Source: Pseudidiomarina andamanensis (GTDB lineage Bacteria > Pseudomonadota > Gammaproteobacteria > Enterobacterales > Alteromonadaceae). From it: a stretch of 32,000 bases of DNA. The stretch covers positions 210,001 to 242,000 of the forward strand of contig NZ_CP032551.1 of the NCBI RefSeq assembly GCF_009734345.1, in the 5' to 3' direction. Positions 1 to 8,717 of the stretch are shown here, one piece after another; the stretch's first letter is position 1, and every line of letters starts with the position of its first letter. A program made the position numbers and the translations under genes. Under the pieces are notes generated by a model. The model was not told where the DNA came from. It saw only the letters and a program-made list of their open reading frames with translations, and ran no database searches.

Positions 1-64
1 GATTGATGAAGTATTGGCTGTTGCGCTTGAATCTGCGCCGAAAACCGGCGAAAAATCGGCCTAA
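1..64 (+). CDS. lon: Lon protease, extreme C-terminus (5' part lies outside the window)
   Basis: Frame 2 reads IDEVLAVALESAPKTGEKSA followed by TAA at 62-64. This resembles the ...EEVLxLAL... tail of Lon. The lon-hupB-ppiD order is conserved in gammaproteobacteria. Only 20 codons are visible. Confidence 0.55.
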   Translation, partial: IDEVLAVALESAPKTGEKSA

Positions 65-271
65 CAACGTAAAAATGAGGTCTGCAAGTCAACAATCTGC
101 CTGCAGCCCGCATTCTTTCGTTAAAAAAATTGCTAAAAAGGGTTCTCAATCCGAAATCTTGTGGTAGCCTAGAGTCAAAGTGATTGGTCGGACTCAAACA
201 CAAAATGACTCTGGCATGCCACTTGAGTGATAGATTAATAAGGAAGATGTCTGCTAATCTGTCACTATCGC

Positions 272-300
272 TTGAACAGTTAGTTTAAGCTTGTTATAAC
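272..300 (+). promoter_or_regulatory. Candidate sigma70 promoter for hupB (TTGAAC, 17-nt spacer, TGt-TATAAC extended -10)
   Basis: TTGAAC at 272-277 and TATAAC at 295-300, with TG at 292-293. It lies about 78 nt upstream of the hupB GTG start. This is a sequence match only. Confidence 0.4.
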
Positions 301-377
301 CTTCGCTGGCCCATTGAAAAAACAGAACGCAATGGAACCATGCAAATCTGATAATAACAATCTAAGGGGATGATACT

Positions 378-650
378 GTGAATAAGTCTCAGTTAGTTGA
401 TAAAATTGCAGACGGAGCAGAAATTTCTAAAGCTGCGGCTGGACGTGCTCTAGATTCTTTCATCGAAGCAGTAACTGACGCTTTGAAGAAAGGTGATCAA
501 GTAGCATTAGTTGGTTTTGGTACTTTCAGTGTTCGTGAGCGTTCAGCTCGCACTGGTCGTAACCCACAAACTGGCCAAACTATCCAAATCGCAGCTGCTA
601 AAGTACCTTCTTTCAAAGCCGGTAAAGCACTGAAAGATTCAGTAAACTAA
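378..650 (+). CDS. hupB: DNA-binding protein HU beta subunit
   Basis: 90-aa ORF starting [11 protein letters not shown] with ...[21 protein letters not shown]..., the canonical HU/IHF fold signature. GTG start preceded by AAGGGGA. Position matches the lon-hupB-ppiD order. Confidence 0.95.
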   Translation: MNKSQLVDKIADGAEISKAAAGRALDSFIEAVTDALKKGDQVALVGFGTFSVRERSARTGRNPQTGQTIQIAAAKVPSFKAGKALKDSVN

Positions 651-657
651 TAAAAGC

Positions 658-734
658 GGAGCGGTAGTTCAGCTGGTTAGAATACCGGCCTGTCACGCCG
701 GGGGTCGCGGGTTCGAATCCCGTCCGTTCCGCCA
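658..734 (+). tRNA. tRNA-Asp (anticodon GUC)
   Basis: GGAGCGGTAGTTCAGCTGGTTAGAATACCGGCCTGTCACGCCGGGGGTCGCGGGTTCGAATCCCGTCCGTTCCGCCA. It folds as a cloverleaf with anticodon loop CUGUCAC, T-loop TTCGAAT and an encoded CCA. It is near-identical to E. coli tRNA-Asp. Confidence 0.95.
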
Positions 735-746
735 GCAAATGCTGAA

Positions 747-781
747 AATAACCCGAAGCTTGTCTTCGGGTTATTTTTTTT
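747..781 (+). terminator. Rho-independent terminator after tRNA-Asp
   Basis: AATAACCCGAAG (747-758), loop cttgt, CTTCGGGTTATT (764-775), running into a T tract that ends at 781. Confidence 0.85.
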
Positions 782-839
782 CTGCAATAGCAGATATAAT
801 ACCCGCCCAACAACGGGAATAATTGAGGTTTAGTGAGAT

Positions 840-2720
840 ATGTTGGACAGGATTCGTGAAGGGTCGCAAAGCTTTATAGTGAAAGCGATTCTAGTATTGA
901 TTGCCCTTACTTTTGCCTTAGCTGGAATAGGTGGTTATATCACTAACCAGCCAGAGCCATCGGTAGCCGTGGTAAACGGTGAGGAAATTACTCGGGTTGA
1001 ATTTGATCGTGCCGTTGATAACGAGCGCGCACGTCAACAGGAACAGTTTGGCGACTTTTATGCCACGCTAGCCGCTGACCCAGGTTTCAATCAGCAGTTA
1101 CGCCAACAAGTGTTGGACGACTTGATTAACCAGAAGCTGGTAGAGATATACTCGCGTGATGCGGGTTTACGTGTTTCTGACGAGCAGGTAAAAGCAGCGA
1201 TTCGTGAAATCAGCGCATTCCAAGTGGCTGGTCAGTTTGATAATACAACATATCAAATGACATTGAGCGGTTTGGGCTACACGCCAGACGGTTTTGCTGA
1301 ACTGATGCGACGCGACTTAGCTCGTACACAATTGTTGCAAGCCATGGTCGAGTCTGAGTTTGCGCTTCCGAGCGAAGCTGCAGCGGTGCAACGTTTGGTT
1401 AACCAAAAACGTAGTGGTGCTTATACGACTATTGAACTTGATAAGTATATTGACTCTGTTGAAGTAACCGACGCCGAACTTGAGCAATGGTATCAAGAAA
1501 ATCAGCAACGCTTTAATGTGGCAGAGCAGGTGAAGGTTGAGTTTGTTCAACTGGACGCTGATGTTGTAGCTGAGAATGTTGAAGTTGACGAGAGCGTTGT
1601 ACGTGAATGGTACGACAACAATCAGTCGCGTTATCAAACACAAGATCGCTATCGTTTCGCACATATTCTTATTGAAGGTGAAGGCGAAGCGGCAGAAAAA
1701 GAAGCGCAGGAAGTGTTAACGAAGCTTACTGAAGGCGCTGATTTTGCCGAACTTGCCGCGGAATATTCAGATGATATTTTCACCGCAGAAACCGGTGGTG
1801 ACCTGGACTTTATTGAAAAAGGCACCATGGATCCTGCGTTTGATGAAGCGGCCTTTGCGTTAAAAGAAGTTGGCGATATTAGCGGCGTTGTTAGTACTTC
1901 ATTTGGTTATCACATCATCAAGCTAACCGAGATTGAAGAGGGTACGTCAACTTCGTTTGAAGAAGTGCGCGATGAAATTGTTGCTGAGATGCGTGAAGAC
2001 CGTGTGAAGCAAGCTTATTACGAGCTTCAACAAAAAGTTTCGGCATTAGCGTTTGATATTCCAGACACACTGCAGCCGGTTGCTGAAGAAACCGCAGTAA
2101 CAGTACGTCAGAGTGATTGGTTCAACCGTAACACAGCGCCTACTGCATTAAATCATCCTGTGGTTATCGAGCAATTGTTTAATCGTGACTTCATTGATGA
2201 AGGCTTAAATAGTGACCTTATTGAAGTTAACGATAAACAAGCTGTGGTAGTGCGTGTCATTGATTTCAAGCCAGCATCAATTAAATCACTTGATGAAGTT
2301 CGTGCGCAGGTATTAGATAACGTTCGTACTGAAAAAGCACAAGCAGCAGCTCGTGAAGAAGCTGAAGCTTTGGCAGCTCAGCTACGCAATGGTGAGTCAC
2401 CGAGCGTTGAGTTAACCGCATTAGAAGCTGTTGATCGTCGTAACACAGAAGTGCCGCGAGCGGTTATTCAAAGCTTATTCGAGCAAGCTGTGCCAGCAGC
2501 TGACTCAGTTCAAGTTGCGGTAACAGAATTGAGCAGTGGTGCTTTAGCTGTCGTTCAGTTGACTGACGTTATGGCCGGTGAAGTTGATGAGACAATGCAA
2601 GCACAAATGGCTGAGCAATTGACGAATAGCTTCACACAGCAAAGCTATGGCGCGTTTATTGAAGCTCTGCGTGAAGAAGCAGAAATTGAGATTCGTATTG
2701 ATGGTACTGCTGCTGAATAA
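840..2720 (+). CDS. ppiD: Periplasmic chaperone / peptidyl-prolyl isomerase PpiD
   Basis: 626 aa. N-terminal membrane anchor (FIVKAILVLIALTFALAGIGGYI), parvulin-type segment (...FGYHIIKL...), and the conserved position downstream of hupB. Confidence 0.9.
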   Translation: MLDRIREGSQSFIVKAILVLIALTFALAGIGGYITNQPEPSVAVVNGEEITRVEFDRAVDNERARQQEQFGDFYATLAADPGFNQQLRQQVLDDLINQKLVEIYSRDAGLRVSDEQVKAAIREISAFQVAGQFDNTTYQMTLSGLGYTPDGFAELMRRDLARTQLLQAMVESEFALPSEAAAVQRLVNQKRSGAYTTIELDKYIDSVEVTDAELEQWYQENQQRFNVAEQVKVEFVQLDADVVAENVEVDESVVREWYDNNQSRYQTQDRYRFAHILIEGEGEAAEKEAQEVLTKLTEGADFAELAAEYSDDIFTAETGGDLDFIEKGTMDPAFDEAAFALKEVGDISGVVSTSFGYHIIKLTEIEEGTSTSFEEVRDEIVAEMREDRVKQAYYELQQKVSALAFDIPDTLQPVAEETAVTVRQSDWFNRNTAPTALNHPVVIEQLFNRDFIDEGLNSDLIEVNDKQAVVVRVIDFKPASIKSLDEVRAQVLDNVRTEKAQAAAREEAEALAAQLRNGESPSVELTALEAVDRRNTEVPRAVIQSLFEQAVPAADSVQVAVTELSSGALAVVQLTDVMAGEVDETMQAQMAEQLTNSFTQQSYGAFIEALREEAEIEIRIDGTAAE

Positions 2721-2740
2721 ATCGTGATAAAGCATGTAAG

Positions 2741-2768
2741 AAAAACCCGGGCTTGTCCCGGGTTTTTT
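2741..2768. terminator. Bidirectional rho-independent terminator between convergent ppiD and batD-like genes
   Basis: AAAAA-CCCGGG-cttgt-CCCGGG-TTTTTT. The GC stem is flanked by an A tract on one side and a T tract on the other, so it can terminate transcription from both strands. Confidence 0.8.
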
Positions 2769-2783
2769 GTTGGTGTCGTAAGA

Positions 2784-4496
2784 TTAACTGGGATAAAGAG
2801 GGGATAGCGTATCCTTTTTGCTCTTTGTTGATTTACGTTGCTTTTGCGCTGCTTTGAGAGCTCTTATAAGTGCTTTCCCTTCAAGCCAGGTAGCACCAGC
2901 ACCAGAAAAGCGACAACGCTGTATATGGTCTATCTGACTGGACAACGGTTGGTGATTGAAGTGTTGCGCTAATTCAAAGAGGTCAAACATTGGCAATTGA
3001 AATTTCTCTCGAGCCCACTTACGAAGCGCCAAATCGGTTGCGTTAGCGTCATTTTCGAGAGCAACTTTCTGTAGGTGGCTCCAAGATGCGGCTGCTGTGT
3101 TTTGCTCTTTGTTATCATTTATTGCCACTGGTTTAGCAGAACGACGTAGCCACCACCATGCCCATAAGCTAAGCGTGATAACCCAAAGTGCAGCGAAGAT
3201 AACAGCCAAATAAAAATAGAGCGTATTGTTTGATTGATATTGCGCTTTAGTTTGTTGTGTCGGCTCATCAACAACAACGTCGTTTTCATTAGCAGGTTTA
3301 TCGGCAACTGGTGCAGGAGCGGCCGCTTGCGAGCTCGGGCTTACTTCTAAGGTGATGGGCTCAGAAGAAGATAGCTGTGCTTGCCCTAGTCGGGTGTTGA
3401 ACCATTCTACTTGAACTTCAGGGATGGTGAACTTGCCTGCCTGACGCGGAATGACTGCGACAGTTTGGCTACGTTGTGCAATAACTCTACCGTTGCGAGT
3501 TGTGCTCGCAAACTCAGGTGATTCGGGGTAAACCGAAGCGCCGTCAAAATCATCGAGAGTTAGGGTTGGGAGTTGTTCCGTGCTCACCCCAATAGCGGTT
3601 ACGCGATAAGTGAGAGTGATCGGTTGGCCAACTTCTATTGGTTGCTCTGGGTTTGCACGCTCGACGCTGACACTCACGAGTTCAGATGGTAGCCAGTGCC
3701 CAGTCCAATCGGCCGGACGAGGTAATACGGTGATAGAAGTAGGCACCGCAACGGCACTGACGGGTTGGGTAGTCGCAATAGATGAAAAAACCGAACGACT
3801 GGAATCGCGTGTTATTTGTCCTTCAAATACCGGTCCTTCTAACTTCAAATCACCTGAGCGCTGTGGCGTGATCAAATAAGTACGTTGGAATACTTGGTAG
3901 CGCTTGCCGTTGATGATCTCGTAGGATTCTTCATCTTTACCAAATTGCACCACTTCGGCCTCAGGTAAATTCGGCGCAATTAAATTTCCACTATGAAGAT
4001 TCGCACTCAAATAGAGACGTGAGACCAGCTTGAACTGCTGTTGAACATAAACGCGCTTAGATTCTAATGAGGTGCGAATAAAAGCCGGTCGTTGCTCTAA
4101 CTCATCAACCGACGCGGCCGCATCAAGAATCGTCAACTCAATGGCATTACTGCGCGCTGATCCTATCTGAATAGGTGGAATTCTGACGATACCCGGTGTC
4201 GCTGGAGCTTGAAGGTTGACAATAAACGACGTTGTTCGAGTTGTTACGCCATTAATGACGCTGGTGCGGCGTGAAGACCGCACGTTGAGAATACGAAAGT
4301 CACGTAATTGTTGCTCTGCATCCCATGCAGATTCACTGATATCATCATTGATAGTTACCGTGAGCGTGAACGGCTCACTTTGAATGATTGGATTTTTATC
4401 AACGCTTGCGACAATTTCGGCTTCTTGTGCGCTAGCTGCTGCGCTAAACCAAAAGACAAGCGATATCAGAAATACTTTCAACACATTGTTTACCAC
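2784..4496 (-). CDS. BatD-like protein (signal peptide, large extracytoplasmic region, C-terminal TM helix plus cytoplasmic tail)
   Basis: 570 aa. N-terminal signal sequence (VFLISLVFWFSAAASAQE) and a late TM helix (LYFYLAVIFAALWVITLSLWAWWW). It is the last gene of the MoxR/VWA operon. The GTG start overlaps the upstream stop (GTGGTAA, 4496-4490). Confidence 0.75.
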   Translation of the reverse strand: MVNNVLKVFLISLVFWFSAAASAQEAEIVASVDKNPIIQSEPFTLTVTINDDISESAWDAEQQLRDFRILNVRSSRRTSVINGVTTRTTSFIVNLQAPATPGIVRIPPIQIGSARSNAIELTILDAAASVDELEQRPAFIRTSLESKRVYVQQQFKLVSRLYLSANLHSGNLIAPNLPEAEVVQFGKDEESYEIINGKRYQVFQRTYLITPQRSGDLKLEGPVFEGQITRDSSRSVFSSIATTQPVSAVAVPTSITVLPRPADWTGHWLPSELVSVSVERANPEQPIEVGQPITLTYRVTAIGVSTEQLPTLTLDDFDGASVYPESPEFASTTRNGRVIAQRSQTVAVIPRQAGKFTIPEVQVEWFNTRLGQAQLSSSEPITLEVSPSSQAAAPAPVADKPANENDVVVDEPTQQTKAQYQSNNTLYFYLAVIFAALWVITLSLWAWWWLRRSAKPVAINDNKEQNTAAASWSHLQKVALENDANATDLALRKWAREKFQLPMFDLFELAQHFNHQPLSSQIDHIQRCRFSGAGATWLEGKALIRALKAAQKQRKSTKSKKDTLSPLYPS

Positions 4497-6289
4497 GATT
4501 TCTCAACTCCTGGAGGCGAACCTTGGCGTCGCCGCTGCTGCGCCTCAAACTGCATTTTATTACGTAATAATACAGCGGGATCATCTTCGATACGATTCAA
4601 CCACTGCTGCATTTGTTGCTGTAATTCTTCTTCCGACGGGTCGCCTAGCTGACTTTGCAGTGGCTTCTCTTCGCCCTCACGTGCCTTTTGCTCAGCTTCT
4701 GACTGCTCTTGTGAATCAGATTCTTTGGTTTGTTCGGCTTGCTGCTGTTGTTGTTGCGACTGATCGGTTTGAGATTGGTTCTTCTCGGTTTGTTGCTCAG
4801 CGTCTTGTTTGGCATTTTGTTCCGAGCTTTGATCAGCGTTTTGATTCGAGTTCTGATCGGAATTCTGCTGTTGCTGTGACTGCCCCTGTTGATTGGATTG
4901 GTTTTGCTGTTGTTGTTCAGCAAGCTGCTTGGCTAAATCTAAGTTTTGCTGTGCTTCCGTCCAATCAGGACGACGCTCCAACGCCGCTGCGTAGGCATTC
5001 TTTGCCTCATCATAGCGCTGCAGTTGCATTAAACTATTGCCTTGATTGTAAAAGCCCTCAGCGCTATCAAGTTGAGAGAAATCTACCAATGCTTGATCAT
5101 AGTTACCAGCCCGATAATTGGCAGTACCGCGTTGCCAAGCATTATCGGTAATGGTCGCAGCACGTTCATAATTGCCATTTTTTAAGGCTTGATCTGCTTG
5201 TTGATAGGGCGTTTGCCATAACTTTTCATGCCATGCTAAAGGCTCTTGCTGCGCAGCATACACAGGATGACTGAGAGCAATCACGAAGAGTAAAGGAGCC
5301 ATACTCAGTAGTCTTCCTCGTCGCGCTAGAGGCAGCAGTAACAGCAAGATTAATGGAATCAGCCAAGGCCCTTGATCGGCCCATTGATCGCCTGCCTGCA
5401 TCGAACTTTTATCGCCATCTCGTGTTGTTGGTGCTTGCGACGTGAGGTACACAATATCTTGTTGGTCGGCTCGAATTTGAATAAAACGGCCGCCGCTGCG
5501 CTCAGCAAGGACCGGTAATCCGCCAACACTTAATTTTGGAATGACCACATTGTCGCTACTATCTCGCAGCAGTCGACCATCGGGTAATTGAATGGGCGCA
5601 CCAGCCTCAGTGCCCACGGCTAAAATGTTGAGTCGATGCGCAGTACGATTGATGAAGTCGCCGATATCAGTTTGATCACGACTATCGATGCCATCGGTAA
5701 GCCAATAGATATCACCTTCAGGGTAGCCGGCTTCCTTGAGAAGTTGATCGGCGAGTTCCAATGCTCGCACTGGATAACTTCCCGGAGTTGGCATAATGTC
5801 TGGGCTCAATGCGCGAATGAGGTTGGTTAAATTGCTGCCATCAGCGGTTAAGGGGCTGATGGTAAACGCATCACCGGCATAAGCAATAAGGCCGATGTCG
5901 CCATCGATATGCTCAGTCACTAAGTCTGTTGCTTTAAAGCGCATTTGACTCAAGCGATTTGGCGGGAGATCAGTGCTGTAGACTGACAGCGACATGTCCA
6001 TTACCACCACCGAGCCGGCTTTTAATTGATAGACCGGTTGCGGTAATTTTTGCCAGGCTGGACCGGCTAACGCAAGTGCGCTGCAGCTTAACGCCAGACC
6101 CACGAGCATCAATTGAAATCGACCGCTACGCTGGCCGTTGCGTGGTAGCAATATAGCTTGTAAGTGGGCGGGGATTATTTTTGACCAACCCTGTTTTTCG
6201 TGTGCATGTCGCCATGCCCACCATGTGATGATGACAACCGGAATTAACGTTAATAACCACCATGGTCGCAAGAAATGGAAATCAGCCAT
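4490..6289 (-). CDS. VWA-domain plus TPR protein (BatB-like, apparently fused with a BatC-like TPR part) with a long Q/N/E-rich linker
   Basis: I take the start at ATG 6289 (MADFHFLRPWWLL...), which has GGAGG upstream and overlaps the batA-like stop (ATGGCTGA). The track start at 6328 adds 13 aa with no support. MIDAS-like DMSLS, TM helices, TPR-like repeats (YNQGNSLMQLQRYDEAKNAYAAALERRPDW), then a low-complexity region. Confidence 0.8.
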   Translation of the reverse strand: MADFHFLRPWWLLTLIPVVIITWWAWRHAHEKQGWSKIIPAHLQAILLPRNGQRSGRFQLMLVGLALSCSALALAGPAWQKLPQPVYQLKAGSVVVMDMSLSVYSTDLPPNRLSQMRFKATDLVTEHIDGDIGLIAYAGDAFTISPLTADGSNLTNLIRALSPDIMPTPGSYPVRALELADQLLKEAGYPEGDIYWLTDGIDSRDQTDIGDFINRTAHRLNILAVGTEAGAPIQLPDGRLLRDSSDNVVIPKLSVGGLPVLAERSGGRFIQIRADQQDIVYLTSQAPTTRDGDKSSMQAGDQWADQGPWLIPLILLLLLPLARRGRLLSMAPLLFVIALSHPVYAAQQEPLAWHEKLWQTPYQQADQALKNGNYERAATITDNAWQRGTANYRAGNYDQALVDFSQLDSAEGFYNQGNSLMQLQRYDEAKNAYAAALERRPDWTEAQQNLDLAKQLAEQQQQNQSNQQGQSQQQQNSDQNSNQNADQSSEQNAKQDAEQQTEKNQSQTDQSQQQQQQAEQTKESDSQEQSEAEQKAREGEEKPLQSQLGDPSEEELQQQMQQWLNRIEDDPAVLLRNKMQFEAQQRRRQGSPPGVEKSW

Positions 6290-7268
6290 GCTGCCTCCAA
6301 TTGCGTCGAGTCGTTTGTAGTATCGCAAGCGCTAGCATAATCCACGCTAACCCTAAGGGCCAATGGTAAAGCGCAGTTTGCGGTCGGCGAAGTTGATTTT
6401 CACCCTGTACTGGTTCATAGGTATCAAGCTCTGTATAAATGCGTTCAAGTTCTTCTGTGCTGCGAGCTCGAAAGTATTCACCACCGGTTTCGTCGGCTAG
6501 CTGACGCAACATATTCTCATCCAAATCTCGACTTGGATTCACTCGGCGTTGACCGAAGAATCCATCAACCACAATTTCTTCAGCGCCAACGCCAATTGTG
6601 TAAATTTTCACATCGTAATACTTGGCAAGTTCTAGGGCTTGCGCGGGCGAAACATTGCCCGCAGTATTTTGTCCATCGGTGACTAGAATTAATATCTTGT
6701 TGGTTTGTGGACGATCAGCGAAGCGTTTGGCCGTGAGTGCAATAGCATCGCCAATGGCTGTGCGCTCACCAATCAAACGCAGCACTGTTTCATCAAGCAT
6801 TTTCTGCACGGTCGCACGGTCAAAGGTCATCGGCGCCTGAACATACGCGGTATCTGCGAATAAAATTAATCCAAGACGATCGCCGACGCGGCGCTCAATA
6901 AAATCATGCATCACATGTTTGAGCATAGTTAAACGGTCGACTTGTTGACCGTTAATTGCCATATCAGCAATTTCCATGCTGCCGGATAAATCAACGGCAA
7001 TCATCATTTCGCGAGCATCATTTTGCGCAGGGATGGGTTCGCCAAGCCATTGTGGGCGCATCAACGCAACAATAAGCAGTGTCCACACCAAAACCCCAAT
7101 AGCGTTCCCTAATCGGCTGTGGCGCGGTTTAATGGTAGCTGATGCAACCGCAGGAAGATGGGTAACGGTAAGCGGCTGAGATTGCTGAATGTGAGGGCGG
7201 CGTAACCAGCGATAAATAAAGGGAATCGGCCAAACAAGCCCTGCCCAGAGCCAAGCGAAATCAATCAT
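6282..7268 (-). CDS. VWA-domain membrane protein (BatA-like)
   Basis: 328 aa with N- and C-terminal TM helices and a VWA domain carrying the MIDAS motif VDLSGSM. The start overlaps the upstream stop (ATGATTGA, 7268-7261). Confidence 0.85.
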   Translation of the reverse strand: MIDFAWLWAGLVWPIPFIYRWLRRPHIQQSQPLTVTHLPAVASATIKPRHSRLGNAIGVLVWTLLIVALMRPQWLGEPIPAQNDAREMMIAVDLSGSMEIADMAINGQQVDRLTMLKHVMHDFIERRVGDRLGLILFADTAYVQAPMTFDRATVQKMLDETVLRLIGERTAIGDAIALTAKRFADRPQTNKILILVTDGQNTAGNVSPAQALELAKYYDVKIYTIGVGAEEIVVDGFFGQRRVNPSRDLDENMLRQLADETGGEYFRARSTEELERIYTELDTYEPVQGENQLRRPQTALYHWPLGLAWIMLALAILQTTRRNWRQHG

Positions 7269-7743
7269 CGCGTTGCTCCTTCAGTTGCTTGTTTGAGAGT
7301 GGAAGCGCTTGCTTCAACCACACTGCTGCAAACTTTCGATATGGCTCAATCCATTGCTCTTGTGCTACATACGGTTGATAACTCGCTTCGCTTAATGCGG
7401 TGAGTAATGGTTGATAACGACGACGTTGACGCGTGTTTAATTGCTCGCCTAAAAAATCCCACCAGTTTAATGTTTCCTCATGCGGCACGTAGGCTAGCGT
7501 CGCCTGTTTTAATATTAACGTGATAGCACTAAGTGTTTCTGGCGGCTGCTTTCGCAGTTGTTTTAACGCGAGTCGGCGAGGGCGGCGTTTGCGATAGGCT
7601 CGCACACTCAAAACAATGCTACTGACAACCGTAATGATGGCGACAGTTGCAAGAATGTACCAACCGCTCGCAAGTGGCCACCAAGACGCTGCAGGAGCTG
7701 CCACAATGTCGTTAATTTCAATGGGCTTATCGAGCAGTATCAT
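7261..7743 (-). CDS. DUF4381-type small membrane protein
   Basis: I take the start at ATG 7743 (MILLDKPIEINDIVAAPAASWWPLASGWY...), which forms an ATGA overlap with the DUF58 stop at 7740-7742. It has a single TM helix followed by a basic stretch. The track start at 7821 would overlap DUF58 by 82 nt. Confidence 0.7.
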   Translation of the reverse strand: MILLDKPIEINDIVAAPAASWWPLASGWYILATVAIITVVSSIVLSVRAYRKRRPRRLALKQLRKQPPETLSAITLILKQATLAYVPHEETLNWWDFLGEQLNTRQRRRYQPLLTALSEASYQPYVAQEQWIEPYRKFAAVWLKQALPLSNKQLKEQRDD

Positions 7744-8717
7744 AACAACTCCCCAGGCCATTGGTTCTCGAGCGCGTCGGCGGCGCTGAATAAACGTAGC
7801 GGGCACCCTAATTGCTGCCATTGCTTTAAGACCTCTTGCATGCGCTGCTGTTGTGCGTGTGCGTAAGCATGCCGTTGATGTTTGTTGTATGGATCAACCA
7901 CCACGTCTTGTTCACCATCGGTCATTTCTAATGATGTGTGCTCGGTCACCTGCGGTAACTGCAGCTCAAGCGGGTCTGCAATTGTAAACGGCATGAGCTG
8001 ACAGTGACGTTGCAACGCAAGACAATGGCGCCAAAGCGCCGGGTCATCGCTCAACCAGTCACTAATTAAATAAATAATGCTGCCGGGACGAGCCAACTGT
8101 TGTAGCCGCTCAAGAGCCTTTGGAAATACGTTTTGATGATGGTGTTGCTGCCAATTTGTCATGGCGAGTTGTTGTTGTTCAACTAAGTGATGGATCACTT
8201 GCATGACGCCGTGATGACGCGCTTGTGGCTTAATTTCTGCATGACCATGTTGACTGGTAATGACCGCGCCAATGCGATCGCCTCTTGCCACCGCAAGCCA
8301 AGCTAAAGAAGCCGCCAAATGGCAGGCCTGCACAGATTTAAATAGCAGTTGGCTGCCAAATTGCATACTGTCACTCAAATCGACAACAACAAATACAGGG
8401 CGTTCGCGCTCTTCACGAAATAGTTTGGTGTGCGGCGTGCCGGTGCGCGCGGTGACACGCCAATCGATGGCGCGTATATCGTCACCAGCTTGGTAGTGGC
8501 GGAATTCATCAAACTCCATACCACGTCCTTTGAACTTGCTTAATAGTGCGCCGCTTGGTCCAGGAGGCGGATGTAAGCGGCGAAAGCGCTGAAATGCGTT
8601 CACTTTACTGCGGTAATACATGAGTTCGTGACTACTCACGTGAATACCGTCGCTACGCCACGTATCAAGCCATTGCGTAACGAGTTCCGGTGATAAGACG
8701 GTACGAAGTGCGCTCAT
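7740..8717 (-). CDS. DUF58-family protein (VWA-like fold), MoxR partner
   Basis: 325 aa. Characteristic ...GRGMEFDEFRHYQAGDDIRAIDWRVTART... segment and VDLSDSM. The ATG at 8717 directly abuts the moxR stop at 8718-8720. Confidence 0.85.
   Translation of the reverse strand: MSALRTVLSPELVTQWLDTWRSDGIHVSSHELMYYRSKVNAFQRFRRLHPPPGPSGALLSKFKGRGMEFDEFRHYQAGDDIRAIDWRVTARTGTPHTKLFREERERPVFVVVDLSDSMQFGSQLLFKSVQACHLAASLAWLAVARGDRIGAVITSQHGHAEIKPQARHHGVMQVIHHLVEQQQLAMTNWQQHHHQNVFPKALERLQQLARPGSIIYLISDWLSDDPALWRHCLALQRHCQLMPFTIADPLELQLPQVTEHTSLEMTDGEQDVVVDPYNKHQRHAYAHAQQQRMQEVLKQWQQLGCPLRLFSAADALENQWPGELL

Noticed and set aside
212-226. sigma54-like element TGGCAT-N5-TTGA upstream of hupB (part of the palindrome TGGCATGCCA)
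   Set aside because: The near-invariant GC of the -12 element is GA here. I know of no sigma54 control of hupB, and no enhancer-binding-protein gene is nearby. A good sigma70 promoter candidate lies 60 nt downstream.
613-813. 66-aa minus-strand ORF
   Set aside because: It lies antisense across the tRNA-Asp gene and its terminator. It has no SD and a nonsense-looking composition, so it is a chance ORF.
658-840. tRNA-Asp as an integration site for a genomic island
   Set aside because: No integrase follows it, and I saw no repeat of the tRNA 3' end downstream. The next gene is ppiD, the conserved neighbour of hupB.
4384-5151. 255-aa plus-strand ORF (also 4308-4652 and 4645-4923)
   Set aside because: It is antisense to the Q-rich low-complexity part of the VWA-TPR gene. 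CAG/CAA-type repeats keep the opposite strand open by composition. There is no SD or recognisable domain, and it would overlap a well-supported gene completely.
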